From: Amoebidium appalachense
Taxonomy: Eukaryota; Protista; Ichthyosporea
Length of the DNA: 64,000 bases
Direction: 5' to 3'
NCBI GenBank assembly: GCA_963693365.1
Contig: CAVNZM010000004.1
Location: forward strand, 8,767,968-8,831,967
The translations under genes and the position numbers were made by a program. Shown here piece by piece: positions 12,454 to 52,036 of this stretch (position 1 is the stretch's first letter; the number at the start of each line of letters is the position of its first letter). Below the pieces are notes generated by a model. That model did no database searches and was not told the DNA's origin. It saw only the letters and a program-made list of their open reading frames with translations.

Positions 12454-13200
12454 GCTATTATGTACGCTGATATATTGCATCTGTTCTTGCTGTAGTACCT
12501 AGCACATAAAAGAAACATTGTAGTACGATCACGTCTGTACTGAAATACTGCAGCCCGCTCTGGTTGATATCGGTTGTCCGTCCACAATACTATGCCGTCT
12601 TGAAGTTCTGGTTTCTGGATTCTGAGTCAATAATTGGCTCTCATAGATTCATTGCTTTGATTTATAAATTTGGAGTGTGAATTCTACAATCATGGTTAAA
12701 ACTGTCGTAGACTGAAGCTGTGAAGGCTTGAGTAGACCTGCAGACATTGGAAGAATGTGTGTGTGTGTGTGTGTTATTTATAGAGAGAGAGAGGGGGGGG
12801 GGGGGAAAGGGGGGGGGGCCTCAAGGGAGACGTTGCCACGGTGGGGTCCGGAGTCCGGACACCGGCCTCGGGGAGTCACTGTAGGATGACGTAATCGAGT
12901 TTTAGATCTGCATACCTTGAAATAATGACTCCTGATATTCATTGAATCCACCTGCTCTGTTATTTTTTTGGCCAGATTTAAACGTTTATATGTTTTGTAA
13001 GCGAATCATGTTGTGTTTTGTGTGGCTCTTATCAGTCTGTTTCACCACCGTCGTCTTTTTCTTTTTTTTTTTCACTTGCCGAAAAAAGAGAGAAAAAGTG
13101 AGAGCCCAGACTCAAACTTTGGAGTGAGTACATAAGCCTAGCTTATTTGTCTTATTACAGAAAGCGAAGCAAAACAAGAGGGAACCCGGAATTCGGAAAA

Positions 13201-20818
<7,618 letters not shown>

Positions 20819-20849
20819 GGAGAGAGAGGGGGAGAGACAGAGACAGTGT

Positions 20850-20880
<31 letters not shown>

Positions 20881-21188
20881 GGGGGGAGGGAGGGGGGGGG
20901 GGGGGGGGGGGGAGAAGGGGGAGGAAGGTATAAGTGCCATGTGCACGATTATCAATGTGGTATGATCTGATGCGATTTGATGATGCGTTTTTGGCCAAAA
21001 TATGAGTGAGCCAGTGATTATAGTGTTACTTTTGGTTTCGATTGTTTTAAATGGAATTACGGTACCTTGTTGTGTTTGTGCTGGCAGTTGTTGTTTTTTC
21101 ATGATGTACGTGACTAGTTGAGAGGTAAATCTGATCAGTAAAGACTGTGCGGCTCGGCATGTACATGTCCGGATCCATGCATCAGGTC

Positions 21189-21228
<40 letters not shown>

Positions 21229-22693
21229 GTGTGTGGCAGGGGAGGAGGGGAGGGGAGGGGGGAAGGGGTCATATGTGGTGTGTGTATGTGTGTGTGTGTC
21301 AGGTGTGTGCCACATGTGTGTGTGTGTGTGTGTGTGCCCATGTCTGCGCACACACACATGCAGAAGTGCCTCACGAATGTACCGATGCACATGACATTGT
21401 ATGTTGTCTGTTTGCGTGCTACTTGAAGGGGGGAAGGGGGGGGGGGGGGGGGGGGGGGGGGGGGGCTGACTCGAGGCCTACCTAATGTGTGTGGATGTGT
21501 GTTGCATGAGTGTGGGTGGCTCCCTGTTTGGTGGGCAGGGGTACCTTTGCCTTGTTAAATAGAGGGGGTTACTTTTGATTTTCCGGGTCGGGTCGGGTGC
21601 AGAGGGATTTCTAGCTACATGATGGGCGTGCTGCGCATCAGCTGCCCACCATCGTATTGCCGGAAGCATGGTACCGGATGCGCCATGTTAAAACAAAAAG
21701 AAAAGAAAAGAAAAAAAAAAAAGACTGAGAAAGAAGGGAAGAATAATAATCAGTCGTCAGGAAAAGGTTGCAGTTCCAAATTTGAATTAACACGCTGAGC
21801 AATTGGCTTGACCATCCGAATGTGCTGGAATGGGAACAATTCTAAAAGAAATACCAAAGTTTTTAACACCGGGAATTTTTGGATATGCCTTTTAGATTTG
21901 CTATACACTTCAATGCACACGTGTGCATAATGTGACTCCTCACATGTGGGTAAGGTACATGCATTGCATGTTTGAGCTCCATATTTGTTTCCCAAGTATT
22001 CACAAGGAGCATGCATGCAGCATTAACTTATGATTTGAAAATATCATTGGGTTTGTGCCTTTTTATGGTGTGCTTTCCTTTTATAGACACTGCCTGTACA
22101 CGTGCAGAATTCCGAAAGGTACCGGGACAGCGTATATGTATATTATTAGCAGTGGTGCAACTGCGCATGCATGTAATGGCACACAATAAACGCTGACCAT
22201 CGATATATTCCTACTTTTTTTTTTAGTTTTATATCAAAAAAACCTTTTTTTGCGCGCCAAAACTTCCGCCCAAATTTTCGTATCGGGCTAATCAGTCAGA
22301 TCGCGCGCGAATAATTGGTCAATAATGCGAATATCATGCAGTTTTAAATTCACCCCCTTTACTCTTTTATGTCATTATCATGATCACGGTGGTTGAACCT
22401 GGATACATGTGTTCCACGTCTCAAGAACTTAACTCGACGACAAAGGTTATCCAGCTGAATTCGAACTTCGGGATCTCCACGTGAATACGGTCAACATTGT
22501 ACAACAATGCAAAATTTAACCCATTAAAAATAATTAGAGCAGGGATTCGCTTTATTTACCCACGTTGGTTTCGATTCGCCTTCCCTTTATAAGGGACAGA
22601 GTCAGAATCTACAATAGCTGAGAAATGAAAGCATCATGTGCAAAAAAAGAAAGAAAGAAAGAAGAAGAAAGAAAAAAAGGGGAGGGGGGCTCT

Positions 22694-22807
<114 letters not shown>

Positions 22808-23311
22808 AATCTCTCAGCTCTCGCTCTCCCTCTCTCCCCGAGGCTCTCCCTATCTCTTTCAGCGGAGTCCCGGGATGGATGCCTCCTCCCCCTTCTTTCT
22901 CTCTCTCTCTCTCGCTCTCTCTCTCTCTGTCTCTCTCTCTCTCTCTGTCTCTCTCTCTCTCTCTCCTCCCCCCCCCCCCCCCCCCCCCCCCCCCCTTCCC
23001 TCTTTCTCTCTCTCTCTCTCTCTGTCTCTTCCACCAGCATAAAGCCAACAAGCAGCTGTCATCAAGATGATGATATCTTCACTGAGAGGTTTCTGCAACT
23101 GTGATCAGCATGCATGCCATATGCATATGCATAGCGGCCTCCAAAAATCATCATCATGACCGTGTGCTACATATTTAGGGGGCCTTGATGCCATACAGGG
23201 GGTGACTAAGATTACGATCACGGGTACCTCTATTAAATATCTTTATTTTTCAGGGACCATAGCCTAAATGATCTTAAATTTTTACTTGGGGCCGTTGTGT
23301 CCGCAGGGGCC

Positions 23312-23348
<37 letters not shown>

Positions 23349-23546
23349 CTCTCTCTCTCTCCCCCCCCCCCCCCCCCCCCTGCCCACGTGTCCCGCTTTC
23401 CGAAGGCTCTTTCTTCCTCTCTCTCTCTCTCTCTTTCCCTCTCTCTCTATATCTCGGTCTTTTTTCTCTCTCGCTTGGCTCAGTCTCTCACTCGCGCCCC
23501 CACCCCATCCCTCTCTCTCCCTGTGTGTGCGCGCGCGCCCGTGCAC

Positions 23547-23609
<63 letters not shown>

Positions 23610-23612
<3 letters not shown>

Positions 23613-24146
23613 ATATTTACATATATTTACATATATTCATATACATTCACATATATTCACATATATCTACATGTCAATATAGCCCAAAATATCTCATACA
23701 TCGTAGAAATAGTTGGGAATAATGGGATATATATGCAAATAACGTTCACAGTGGCACATTTACTGTGCCACTCAATCACGATATGAGATCAGAGCGGCGC
23801 GCGATCAAAATGATTACGCATCTGATGTTTGATTGGCCCGGATCCGCCCGATATTGAACGTTACGTGTGTGGCACAGGCCTGGCTGTGCCACTCTAGGAT
23901 CATGGCCATGATGATATGACATGAGAGCGCGCGGATCAGAATGATTACGTATCTGATGTTTGATTGGTCCGATATTGAACGTGTACGGTGTGTGGCACAG
24001 GCTGTGCCATTCTCGATCACGTATACATATATTTATATATATTCATATATATATTCATATATATTCATATATATTCATATATATATATATATTCATATAT
24101 ATTTACATATATTTGTATATATTTGTATATATTCGAATATATTTAC
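23610..24146. repeat. Composite repeat: ATATTCAT-type microsatellite flanks around 2-3 tandem ~125-bp units, each ending in a GTGGCACA..TGTGCCA inverted repeat
   Basis: 23791-23900 is similar to 23924-24021. The hairpin recurs at about 23751, 23870 and 23992. Confidence 0.7.
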
Positions 24147-24415
24147 CTGACCCCTCTAGTGACTTTGTGTGTGCGTGTGCTTGGCAATGCATGCTTGTGT
24201 GTCCATACCGATCTGTCAGGTTGTCCGTGAGTTGCGCTCAGCCTGTACATGTGTGTGCACGAGCAATATGTTCTTGTGCACGCATGTCACATGCCCGCCC
24301 ATTGTCAAGTATAAGGTTTTTTATTTTCGATGGCGTCGGAAAGCTAGTAGTAAATATCGAAAACCGTCCTCCCCCTCCCTCGGTCCCCACATTCTTCCTT
24401 TTTTTTTTTTTTTTT

Positions 24416-24504
<89 letters not shown>

Positions 24505-24632
24505 TAACCTTTTATATGCACCAGGTTTGGAAGACAATATTATCTTGATTTTTGAAAAATAGCACTATTTATCTTGATTTCAAATTACTTAATAATAGTC
24601 ACCGTCTGTGACTGCCACACGTGCGACCAGAC

Positions 24633-24663
<31 letters not shown>

Positions 24664-25409
24664 ACACCACTACCACCACCCCGCCCCTCCCTCCCCGACT
24701 TCCGCAAAAGGGAAACTAAAAAACAAACCGTTCAAAAGGAAAAAAAGCAATAGCTATAGAGGCATTGAATGCACCGCACATTCACAAATAATATCGATTC
24801 GCCGAGAGCTGTCATATGCATGGACCCGTACGTCAACGTTGCAACCAGATACATCACACTCTTGTGCATATGTACTTTGATGATAATATCGTAACCCCAC
24901 ATGCAGGCTGGCACAAGCGCACAGTTATCATCACAAAATGGCCCACTGGATATACCACACACATAGTTTATCAATATATGCATTGAAATTTGTACGGGGT
25001 ATCTTATTCTATCTACTTAAGTTCAATGGACCACTGCAACTTGCAGAGAGAATCCGCCGTACCTTTTTGAGATCATCAGGAATTTGCCAGCTAGACTATC
25101 CATGCACACATATATCTCAACAGGTGCATCTAAATCTATCCCATTCTGTATGTACAAGATACTAGTGGAACTTGGTAAGAAAAACGACAGGGACCCCCCC
25201 CTGATAACAATAAAAGAGAGAATCACCCATTTTCAGGTGTGTAACGTGTCCAATGCATCATAACTCTATTGCGAGGCTGTCACAGGCCATGTCAACCCGA
25301 TATTCAGCAGACATTAGTCCGGGAATATCTCAAGTATAGGCTCTAGGTAAATGTGCCCCCCCCCCCCCCCCCCCCCCCCCCAAACAATAACAACAACAAA
25401 AAAAAAAAA

Positions 25410-25443
<34 letters not shown>

Positions 25444-25782
25444 GGAAAGAGAAAGAGAAAAAGAAAAAGAAAATGAAAAAAGAAAGAAAAAAAAAGAAAA
25501 AAGAGGATAGACCAGCAGTAAAGGTCCGGAAGAAAAAAAAAGGGAAAGAAATGAAAATCAAAAAGAAAAGATGTATACACCCCTTCAATCAGCTCACACC
25601 CCTCACCCTTCGATCGAGCAACCTCGCTCCGGATTCCACTTCAACATAGCAACAGAGGACTCGGAGGTCTACACATCTACATTTAACTGGTTTACCTCTA
25701 AAGTGCACCCGGATCACCCTCTCATACATTCACTGCACATTTCATAAATAACCCCTTCCCGGGAGGGGGAGGGGTTCTTCTA

Positions 25783-33111
<7,329 letters not shown>

Positions 33112-35049
33112 CCCAACAACAATCGGTGTCACTGTTCATAGATAGAACGGTGGGATACTCACACAAGGACATATACCCATGCACTTTGAGCAGCAGAGTG
33201 CGACTTGAGTGTTAGAGCACCTGGTGCTTTGATGTTTGTAATTGCTTGGGAAAAGAAAGGTGTTCACACTACTAAAATAAGAACGTTCATGTGTTCCTGT
33301 AGCAGCATAAACTAAATATCAGAAACTCGGTCACAGGCTGCTCTAATTAGTTGAAAGAAACACGTCAAGAAAGAACGCCCAACTGAATTTGACTGAATTT
33401 GGTGTGTCACCTACAAGGCAGCGGTCTAAAATAGTCAAACACGCCTCCCTTTTCTTGTGTCCAGATGTGTTTAAAAAAACTTCTGATACTCTACATAGAA
33501 GTAGGTGAATGTGCGTCTAATACTCTGTGGTTGAGTGCATTCAAAACGGAAAGGTGTTTCTTTCTTGTTCCCCACAGGTGCGTACGCACTGCGTAGTGGG
33601 AATAAAGTTTACACACACCTGACTCAGCTCAGTGTTGAGCGGGTGGGCCCAAACTGTCCGGGCCTGTCTACCTTTCTAGACTCCTTGCTGCAAGAGAAAA
33701 GCCCCAAAAATAGGAGATAGAAATACTAACGATAATTTTGGATCATGTAAATTTTTTGACTATAGATGTCTTAAAAGTTATAAAGCTCTTTTTTTCGACA
33801 CATATTACGTTTGTTAAGCTCAAAGTTGGTGCTTTTTGATCTGTTACTAAGCATATGTACTATATTGGTATATTTTGAAACAAAAAAAAAACTCTAGAAC
33901 CCCTCAAATTCTACGATCTACAAACTTTAGTTTTCACACTTCGATGATTGGCTAGCTCAACAAGCAATTTGCTCTTCGAACGCAAGTTCCAATTTCAAAT
34001 TCCAAAATATTCGTGGAGTTGCAGAAAAAGGTAGCATCCAGCGAAACAAGTGAACTCTAAATGTTTATCTTTTAATTTCTGTTAAATATAAAAAAGTTAT
34101 TAGTGCATTTTGAGGTTGTTTGGTAGGCTTAACTTGAGGGGATAATTTCTTGAAGTTAGCACTTGTGTGGGAGATCTGAAGGTCTTTGTTCAAGTGATGC
34201 TCGCTTATAAGCTTGTGCACGCATATGTACCGTGATCTGCCACGTCTTATGATCATCGTTGTATACGCCGCCTACAACCTTGTACATGCCTCTCTCTACA
34301 TGTACTCACAGGTAAAAAAGCGGAATAAAGTCAATAGGGGCCTCTAATTACCAAATAGGTTACACCAATACAGACTTTGAGATAATTTTACAGACGTACA
34401 CAGCGAATAACCATTCTCTGGGGTGTCCGGATAACCGAAGCACTGGTCGGCGAGTGGTGCTGGGGTCACAAAATTCGTTCCGTAGCATTATGTTTTCTTT
34501 CGCTAATAAGTTGACCTAATTGACTAAAAATACAAGGTTATCAATCTTTTGAACATATAAAATGTTTTATTACTAATTATGGGTTACAAAAATGCAATAA
34601 ATGAAACTTATCATGCAGAGACTGACAGGTCAAATCGCGGCGAAATTTTGATTCATTACGTGAAATAACAAGTGCCCCCTTTAGTCAGTGAGTATAGGAG
34701 GTCTACGTCCGTTCAAAAATCCGGCCAATCATTGCATCTTTAGCCTTATTAAGGCAAGCCCGCGCAATACCCGTCCCCAAACAACGTGACTCGTTTAGTT
34801 CAGCCCCCATACTCGAGTGATATACGCGGGCGAAGCTCGTGGGCGACAAATCTCACGTTAACGTTCATTGTTAATTCGTGGATTTTTTGGCTTGATTGGC
34901 AGTGCATTGATACTAGGCTTGCATCACACTTTAAAACGCCAAACTATAAGAGGCGAGAAGCAAAAGTCGCGAAGATTTTTCCGGTCGACATTGTGGTACA
35001 CATAATCGGTGAATCTGTAACTGTGATTCCGGGTCGGAACGAGAGAAGG

Positions 35050-45304
<10,255 letters not shown>

Positions 45305-45537
45305 ATTTATCGGATGGCAGCTATTGGCCATGGCGACACCTGGTATGCCACGATAGCGTGGGAGGATATACAGAGGATCTACAGCCGCCTTAGACCTACC
45401 TCAAGTTGAAATGCAAACTTGAAATGTCGCTTTTTTTCCTCTACCACTCGCCCTTTTGCCCCTTACAGTCCCGTGCGTGCCCCCCCCCCCCCCCCCCCCC
45501 CCCCCTACACACACACACACATACCCACACATAAACA

Positions 45538-45581
<44 letters not shown>

Positions 45582-47820
45582 CACATATATGTGCACTACC
45601 CATGTATCACCTGTACACACCACCACCACAGCCAAGACCATTACTCTCACTGTGTGTGTGCGTGTGTGTGTGTGTGTGTGGTGTGTGTGTGCGTGTGTGT
45701 GTGTGTGTGCGTGCGTGCGTGCACAATGTGTTTGTGTGTACATGTGCGTATGTGTGGGTGTCGGAACTGTACAAGCCAATATTATAATTATGTGATTGTT
45801 TTTGTGATGCTGTGTGAAGAGTCGGCTACCTCATGATGTCTATGAAAGCTGCCCGTGCTGCTGGTCATCACTTGAAAAATATGAATCGATATCAGATACA
45901 TAATGATGATGTGCAATCATATTTTGGCCACCGTACGCGTGTCGTTTACTACTACTGTCACGGTGACTGTTCACTCTTCATTGCTGTTGCCTCACCCAAC
46001 TATTTTCAACAGGCCCACTACTACACTAATTATTTATTTATTTATTTTTTATGCAAGGCCTGTACACAGTATGAATAATAAGTAACGCTGTCCAGCTGTC
46101 CGCGGTAACTCCACAAGCTGCCACTGCGACTGTGGTCTCAGCCGCCGTATGAACAAGTCTATCATCAAGAGTTTTCAAGGGTATGACAGTATGAGTTGGC
46201 GCGTGATCCGTCGCTTCGGAAGGAAAGCGTTTTGTCAGCCTTGAAAAATAAGAGCTACCTCCAAAGGTAGCAGCTCCACAAGTGTGTTGCTTTCGTTTTC
46301 GAAGACCACACGAGAGCACACGAGGCTTCGAAAGCCTTTAAAAGTGGAAGCGTTAACTGCTGTGTAGGCCAAGCGGGGCTTTAAAAATGCATCGTGAGAC
46401 GGTGAGGCCCAATTTGCCAATGTCATAAACACATGTGTTGACTCAGTCACGGTTGAGTCAGCCTGGCAGTGAACGCATGGTACGCATATGTGCATTCAAG
46501 ATCCGCATTCCGTGCTTGAGCTCCACACCACATGTCACCACGCGCGTTAGGAGCAATGCAATAACAGCACACAATGCCGTGGGTTTCAGCTAATAATCAG
46601 CTTTATATATTCGTAGGCGTTAGTTTTCTCCTTACTTCATTCATTGCCACGTGTTTTAAACACGTGCAATGGTGGTAGGGGGAGTTGAAGGTCACTACGG
46701 AGCCTTCGGCGCCTGCGACCAGATCGATCGCACGCGGCATGCCCAAACATGCCACAGGTCCAGGTCTGGGGACGTGATCCCAAAACAAGATCCAACACAA
46801 GTCGATAGCCTATGGTAGAACCTTACATGAGAGAGTAACATGTGGAGGAACTCTAGAAAATTATTTCCGCTATAAACATAAGTAGCATTGTAGCCATTCA
46901 ATATAAGAGCTTGAAACCGTCTCGCCAACGGTCACAATGGATATTCTTACTTGCGGGTTTGGCATGCTTCGTATCAAATGGAATCATTCATAAAGTTATC
47001 CAGGAATGTTTGATTAACTAGTGTTGACCAATCATAATGTTTTATTAGATCTCTTGGTGGTTCACGTTGACTGGTGGCTGACCCACTGCAGGCTGTTTTG
47101 GGTCGGTCTCTCTGAGTTGATTATTATTTGCAAAACTTGTGTTATTGTGAGAAGTGCCTGAAGATATAATATATTTAACCTGATTTATGATAATCTATTA
47201 AACTACGGGCATAAATTTTCATAGAAAACACTAAAGCTGACTTGTTCACCCACACAATTCGCGTCAATTCAACGCAGCGATCACGTATGTAACTCACATT
47301 CGCATTACAAGTCACGCACACGTATAGCCGCTCCTCGTTCCAAAGTGATCCCTAACGCTTTGAGTCAGCTTAGAAGCCCGTCACTACAACTCATGCAACA
47401 GTAACGTAACGAACTTTCTCCGTTTCTAGGGCTAAAGTTGTTGAAAAGTCTTCGTTACATGCCCACAACGAACCCTGCTCACCTGTTTTTTAACCTTGTT
47501 TTTAACTGCACCGCGCCGTGGGCGTAGGCTCGCTTTGGTGAACAGGAGACAACGAACAACAGGCTAACGTTGGCCACACTGAACCGTTGGGCGGGTTGTT
47601 GTGTGAAGTCCATTTGGATGGCTCCAATGAATAGTAAAACATAGGTTGCATTAGGCGTATGTCAGCAAGTGTTTGCAGTAGTCAACAATTTTTCTCTTAT
47701 CCGCAGGCAGTAAACTCTAACAGGCTGCCTTTCTATTTTATCTCTTTTGAGGTTTACTGCTGCAGGCAGGGTCTAGAAAAACTCCCAGTTCTAACCTAGC
47801 AGCTACTATTTTGGTATAAA

Positions 47821-49071
47821 ATGAAGAGCTTAGTGCGGCTTGTGACGGGCGGGGGTGGGGCCTCAAGCAAGAAGAAGCAAGCAATCACCGAAGAGCAACT
47901 GTATGCACAACAGCAACAATGGCTTATAATGCAACAACAAATGCAGTACGCCCAGATGCAGAACGATCCAAACCTCGTGCCCCACTACCAGGTGCAGGGT
48001 GGTATGGATCATCATGGCCACATGAGGGAACATAGCGAGGGGTCGGAGGAAGGATCAAACAGAAGCGAGCACGAACATAACCATGACGAAGAAGACGACA
48101 GCGGGCATTTCAGCCAACATGGAAATTCACTTCCTGCACGGCAAATTTCACCACCACCCGCACAGCAGCGAAATTTGCGACAAGCGCCAGTAAGACCCCC
48201 GCAAAACTATGAGGATGAGGATGAAGGGTCTCCACGGGAATTAAACCTACAGCAACCTTTAAGGTCAACACTCGTAGCTATTGAGTCGACGTCACGGCAG
48301 CGGTCGGCAACAAATCCAGACCCACGCTTTGCACGCTCCAACATGGAAGAACCTACCGCCAAGGAAGAGAATGTTCTGGAAAAGCGAAACAGCGTAACCA
48401 GCCTCCCCCCAGAACTCAGCCAAATGTCACCGCAGCAATTGCAACAACTCGTTGCACTTCACCAGTTATTACAGGCGCAAGAAGGCTCGGGTGTTAGTTT
48501 CAAACAGCTTTTGCAACAGCAGAAAGAGGACGGAGGGGAGGCGGCGGAGGTGGGGAGGAGGGAGAACATGGTGACGATGGTCGGGGGGAGGGTGAATGCG
48601 AGTGATGGTTCGTTGGCGTCAACAAATACGGTAGGTGTAATGAGCGTACGGTGTGTGTGTGTGTGTGTGGTGTTAAGGGGGGGGGGGGGGGGGGGGGGGG
48701 GAGGACGGGGAGGAGGCGGGGGGAAGGGGAGTAGAGGGGAAGGGGGGGTATGTTTTCGTGCAAATGGGTGGGCATGTAGGTGTGTGGAGTTCTAAGGCAC
48801 GTGTGCATGGGTTTCATATTTGCAAAGAAAAAATCCCTTGCACAGCCTCTTTATCTCTTCTCCTGTCCTTTTGCATTGGCGTGCACACCTTCCCCTCCTT
48901 TCTCTTCTTGTCGCTCGTCACTTCCGCCATGCTTCCCCCTCGGACCCTTCTGAACACTTCCACCTCTGCTTTTTTTCATCCTTTTCCCGTTGTTGTTGGT
49001 GAATACGAGTGGCTGGTTTTTGGACAACGGTGGTCGTGTGTTTTAGCGCGCGTGTGTGGGTGTGTGGCGGT

Positions 49072-49110
<39 letters not shown>

Positions 49111-49142
49111 AGGAAGGGCGAGGGTATGTGTGTGTGTGCGTG

Positions 49143-49189
<47 letters not shown>

Positions 49190-51008
49190 AGGGGAGGGGG
49201 AGTTCGTGTGCATGTTTGGCAGCCCTTCCCCCTCCCCCCCCCCTCTCCCCCTCAACCTCCAGTGTGTTGCACAGGCTCTCTCTGGTCGCCTTTGCATGCC
49301 GTGGTATGTTCTGCACCATCTTCATCTCACTCTATCCCCCCTCTGCCCTCTCCCTCCCTGCCCTCCCCCAACCTCCCCCTCCCCCCGCCCCTTTTTGAAA
49401 CCCAAAACCTACCTGTTCATACAACTCCCTATCAACATCCAACCCCATCCCCCCACCCACCCACCTGCCCCTTCTTTCTTCTCCATCCCCCCCCTCCCCC
49501 CCCCCCCCCCCCCCCCCCCACCCCACCCCACCCTCTTTTCCACACCCACACCCACACACACACACTCCCTCTCTGGACTTTCAGGCTCATATATCAAATA
49601 TATTCCTCCCGCCCCACATGTGACTTCTTACGTACATGATACAAACACACACACACACACACAGCAGGGGTCTGATTCTAGTCGACAGCAAATGAGACGA
49701 ACCCATATGTCGGCTCCAGCCCTTTATGAGGTAAGAGCACCCCTTCCCCCCCTCCCCCTCCTCCCCTCCCCCCCCCCCCCCCCCCCTTCTCCCCTTCCGT
49801 CAAAGAAAAAAGAAAAATACAAACAAACACTTGGACACACGTGCGCGCACACGAACACACACATGAGCGCGCACACACGCACACAAACCCGTGCGCATGC
49901 ACACACACACACTTGCACACTTACACACTTACACACTTACACGCACTCACTCACTCACACCACACGTTCATATGGAAACCACCAGTCCATTCACACTCCC
50001 GCTCCCCTCCCTCCCCCCTAATTTACCCGGCCCTACAAATTCAAACTGAGAACGCAACAACGTGCTCAGTACATACGACACGCCTGTACACACACACACA
50101 CATGCGCGCGCGCATACTGTCAGTGAAACGGAGTGAACCAACCTATTTAAAGCTAGGTTAAGATCAACCATTCCCCATTCCTTACGTTTCAGGAACTTGG
50201 AAATGTGTTTCGCATTATCTTTACATTTGACCCAAAATTTTAAATGTACCAGTCACAATGATCTTTTCATCTTCAAACTAACCCTTTAAAAATTTTAAAA
50301 TCACCAGTCAGGAGAGGAGGGCAACATGCAGGCGCAGCTGCAAAGCAGGTGGCAGCAGCAGCAAAGCGAACTTCCTTTAACCAATCAGAATCGAGCTTTA
50401 GAGCCCACCGTGGCCGGCCCATTGGACGACGGCAGGAAGAACGTCATGTTTGTGTGGAAGGCAGACCCGGACACAGGTGTGTGTGATATTATTTCTTATG
50501 AGATGGTAAAGGTTAAGTTGGGATGTAGATTGTGGTGGATGTGTGTGTTTGTGTGTGCTGAGCACAGGGGCAGGTGTGGGGTTTGGATTTATGACGTTGA
50601 AAGTCCGGGGGGGGGGGGGGGGGAAGGTTTTGTTTGGAGGGGGGGGGGGGGTGGAGGAGGCAATTATGTCGAGCGATTGAGAGCCTACCCATACGTTTTA
50701 CATCTCAGTGACATGTTTACACACTGACATGTCAGTATGTCGTGATGAATGCACAGACGGGGGAAGGTAGGTAGATTTTGCTTGTTTGTTTGCTTATAGG
50801 TGTGATGTTTGCGAGTATGTATTATTTAATTGAATATCCTTAGTTTTTCAAATGGTTTGCTTGTCTTAACGTCATTTTCTAATTGGTTGTTTGGTGCAGC
50901 CGTGGAGGTGGCTGGGTCGTGGGACGGTTGGAGAGGACGCATACCAATGCAGGTGCGTGCACACAGATGCAAACACATGCACGCACACTTACAATCTTAC
51001 ACACGCAC

Positions 51009-51042
<34 letters not shown>

Positions 51043-51100
51043 CAAGTGGAGGCACAAACATACACACGCACGCGCACGCGCACGCGCACGCGCACGCGCG

Positions 51101-51141
<41 letters not shown>

Positions 51142-51408
51142 ACACACACACAGACACACCACACACACATACACACACACATACAAACACGTGCAGGCAC
51201 AAACATACACACCAACTCCCCCCCCCCCCCCCCCCTAAACAGACACACACACACACATACACACACATACACACACACATGTTGGCGTGCGCGAGCATGC
51301 CCGCGTGTGCACATGCTTATGAATGTACAGACGCATGCACACACATGCACACAACCTGCACCCATGGACGATCACACGAACACGAGCACAACACACGGAC
51401 AACACACA

Positions 51409-51473
<65 letters not shown>

Positions 51474-51740
51474 CACAGCACAACACAACGCAACGCAAAC
51501 CTTCTGAAGGTTAAGATTTGGCCTGGGCATCTGCTAAGTTGCCTCCCCCGTGCCGTGTAGCGAGATGAAGGTCAAAACCCACGTGTGATGGTTCAACCCT
51601 CCTTCTTTGTGCAACCTAACACACTTACTTGCTCTTGTATTCACGTGTGCACGTTGTGTTTCGTGTTCTGTGTGCTAGCCAGCTTGTTTTGCACGTCGAT
51701 AAATTCCCTTCCCCCCCTCTTCCAACCCCCCCCCCACACA

Positions 51741-51787
<47 letters not shown>

Positions 51788-51814
51788 GCACAAACACCAC
51801 CACCACCACCACCA

Positions 51815-51887
<73 letters not shown>

Positions 51888-52036
51888 TTGACGGATGGAC
51901 GCACTATGTTGTACTAAATCTGGCGAGGGGCCGCTACGAGTACAAGTATGTGGTAGAGGGGAGGTGGACGTTTGACGTCAACAAGCAGAAAGTCGAGGAT
52001 GGCTGCGGAAGCTTCTGCAACTATTTCACGATTTAA
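47821..52036 (+). CDS. Gln-rich low-complexity protein with a C-terminal AMPK-beta-type glycogen-binding domain (CBM48); exons 47821-48630, 49665/49668-49730, 50308-50476, 50900-50952, 51887-52036
   Basis: The spliced C-terminus [59 protein letters not shown]...[12 protein letters not shown] matches the AMPK1_CBM pattern. Phases are consistent. Confidence 0.88.
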
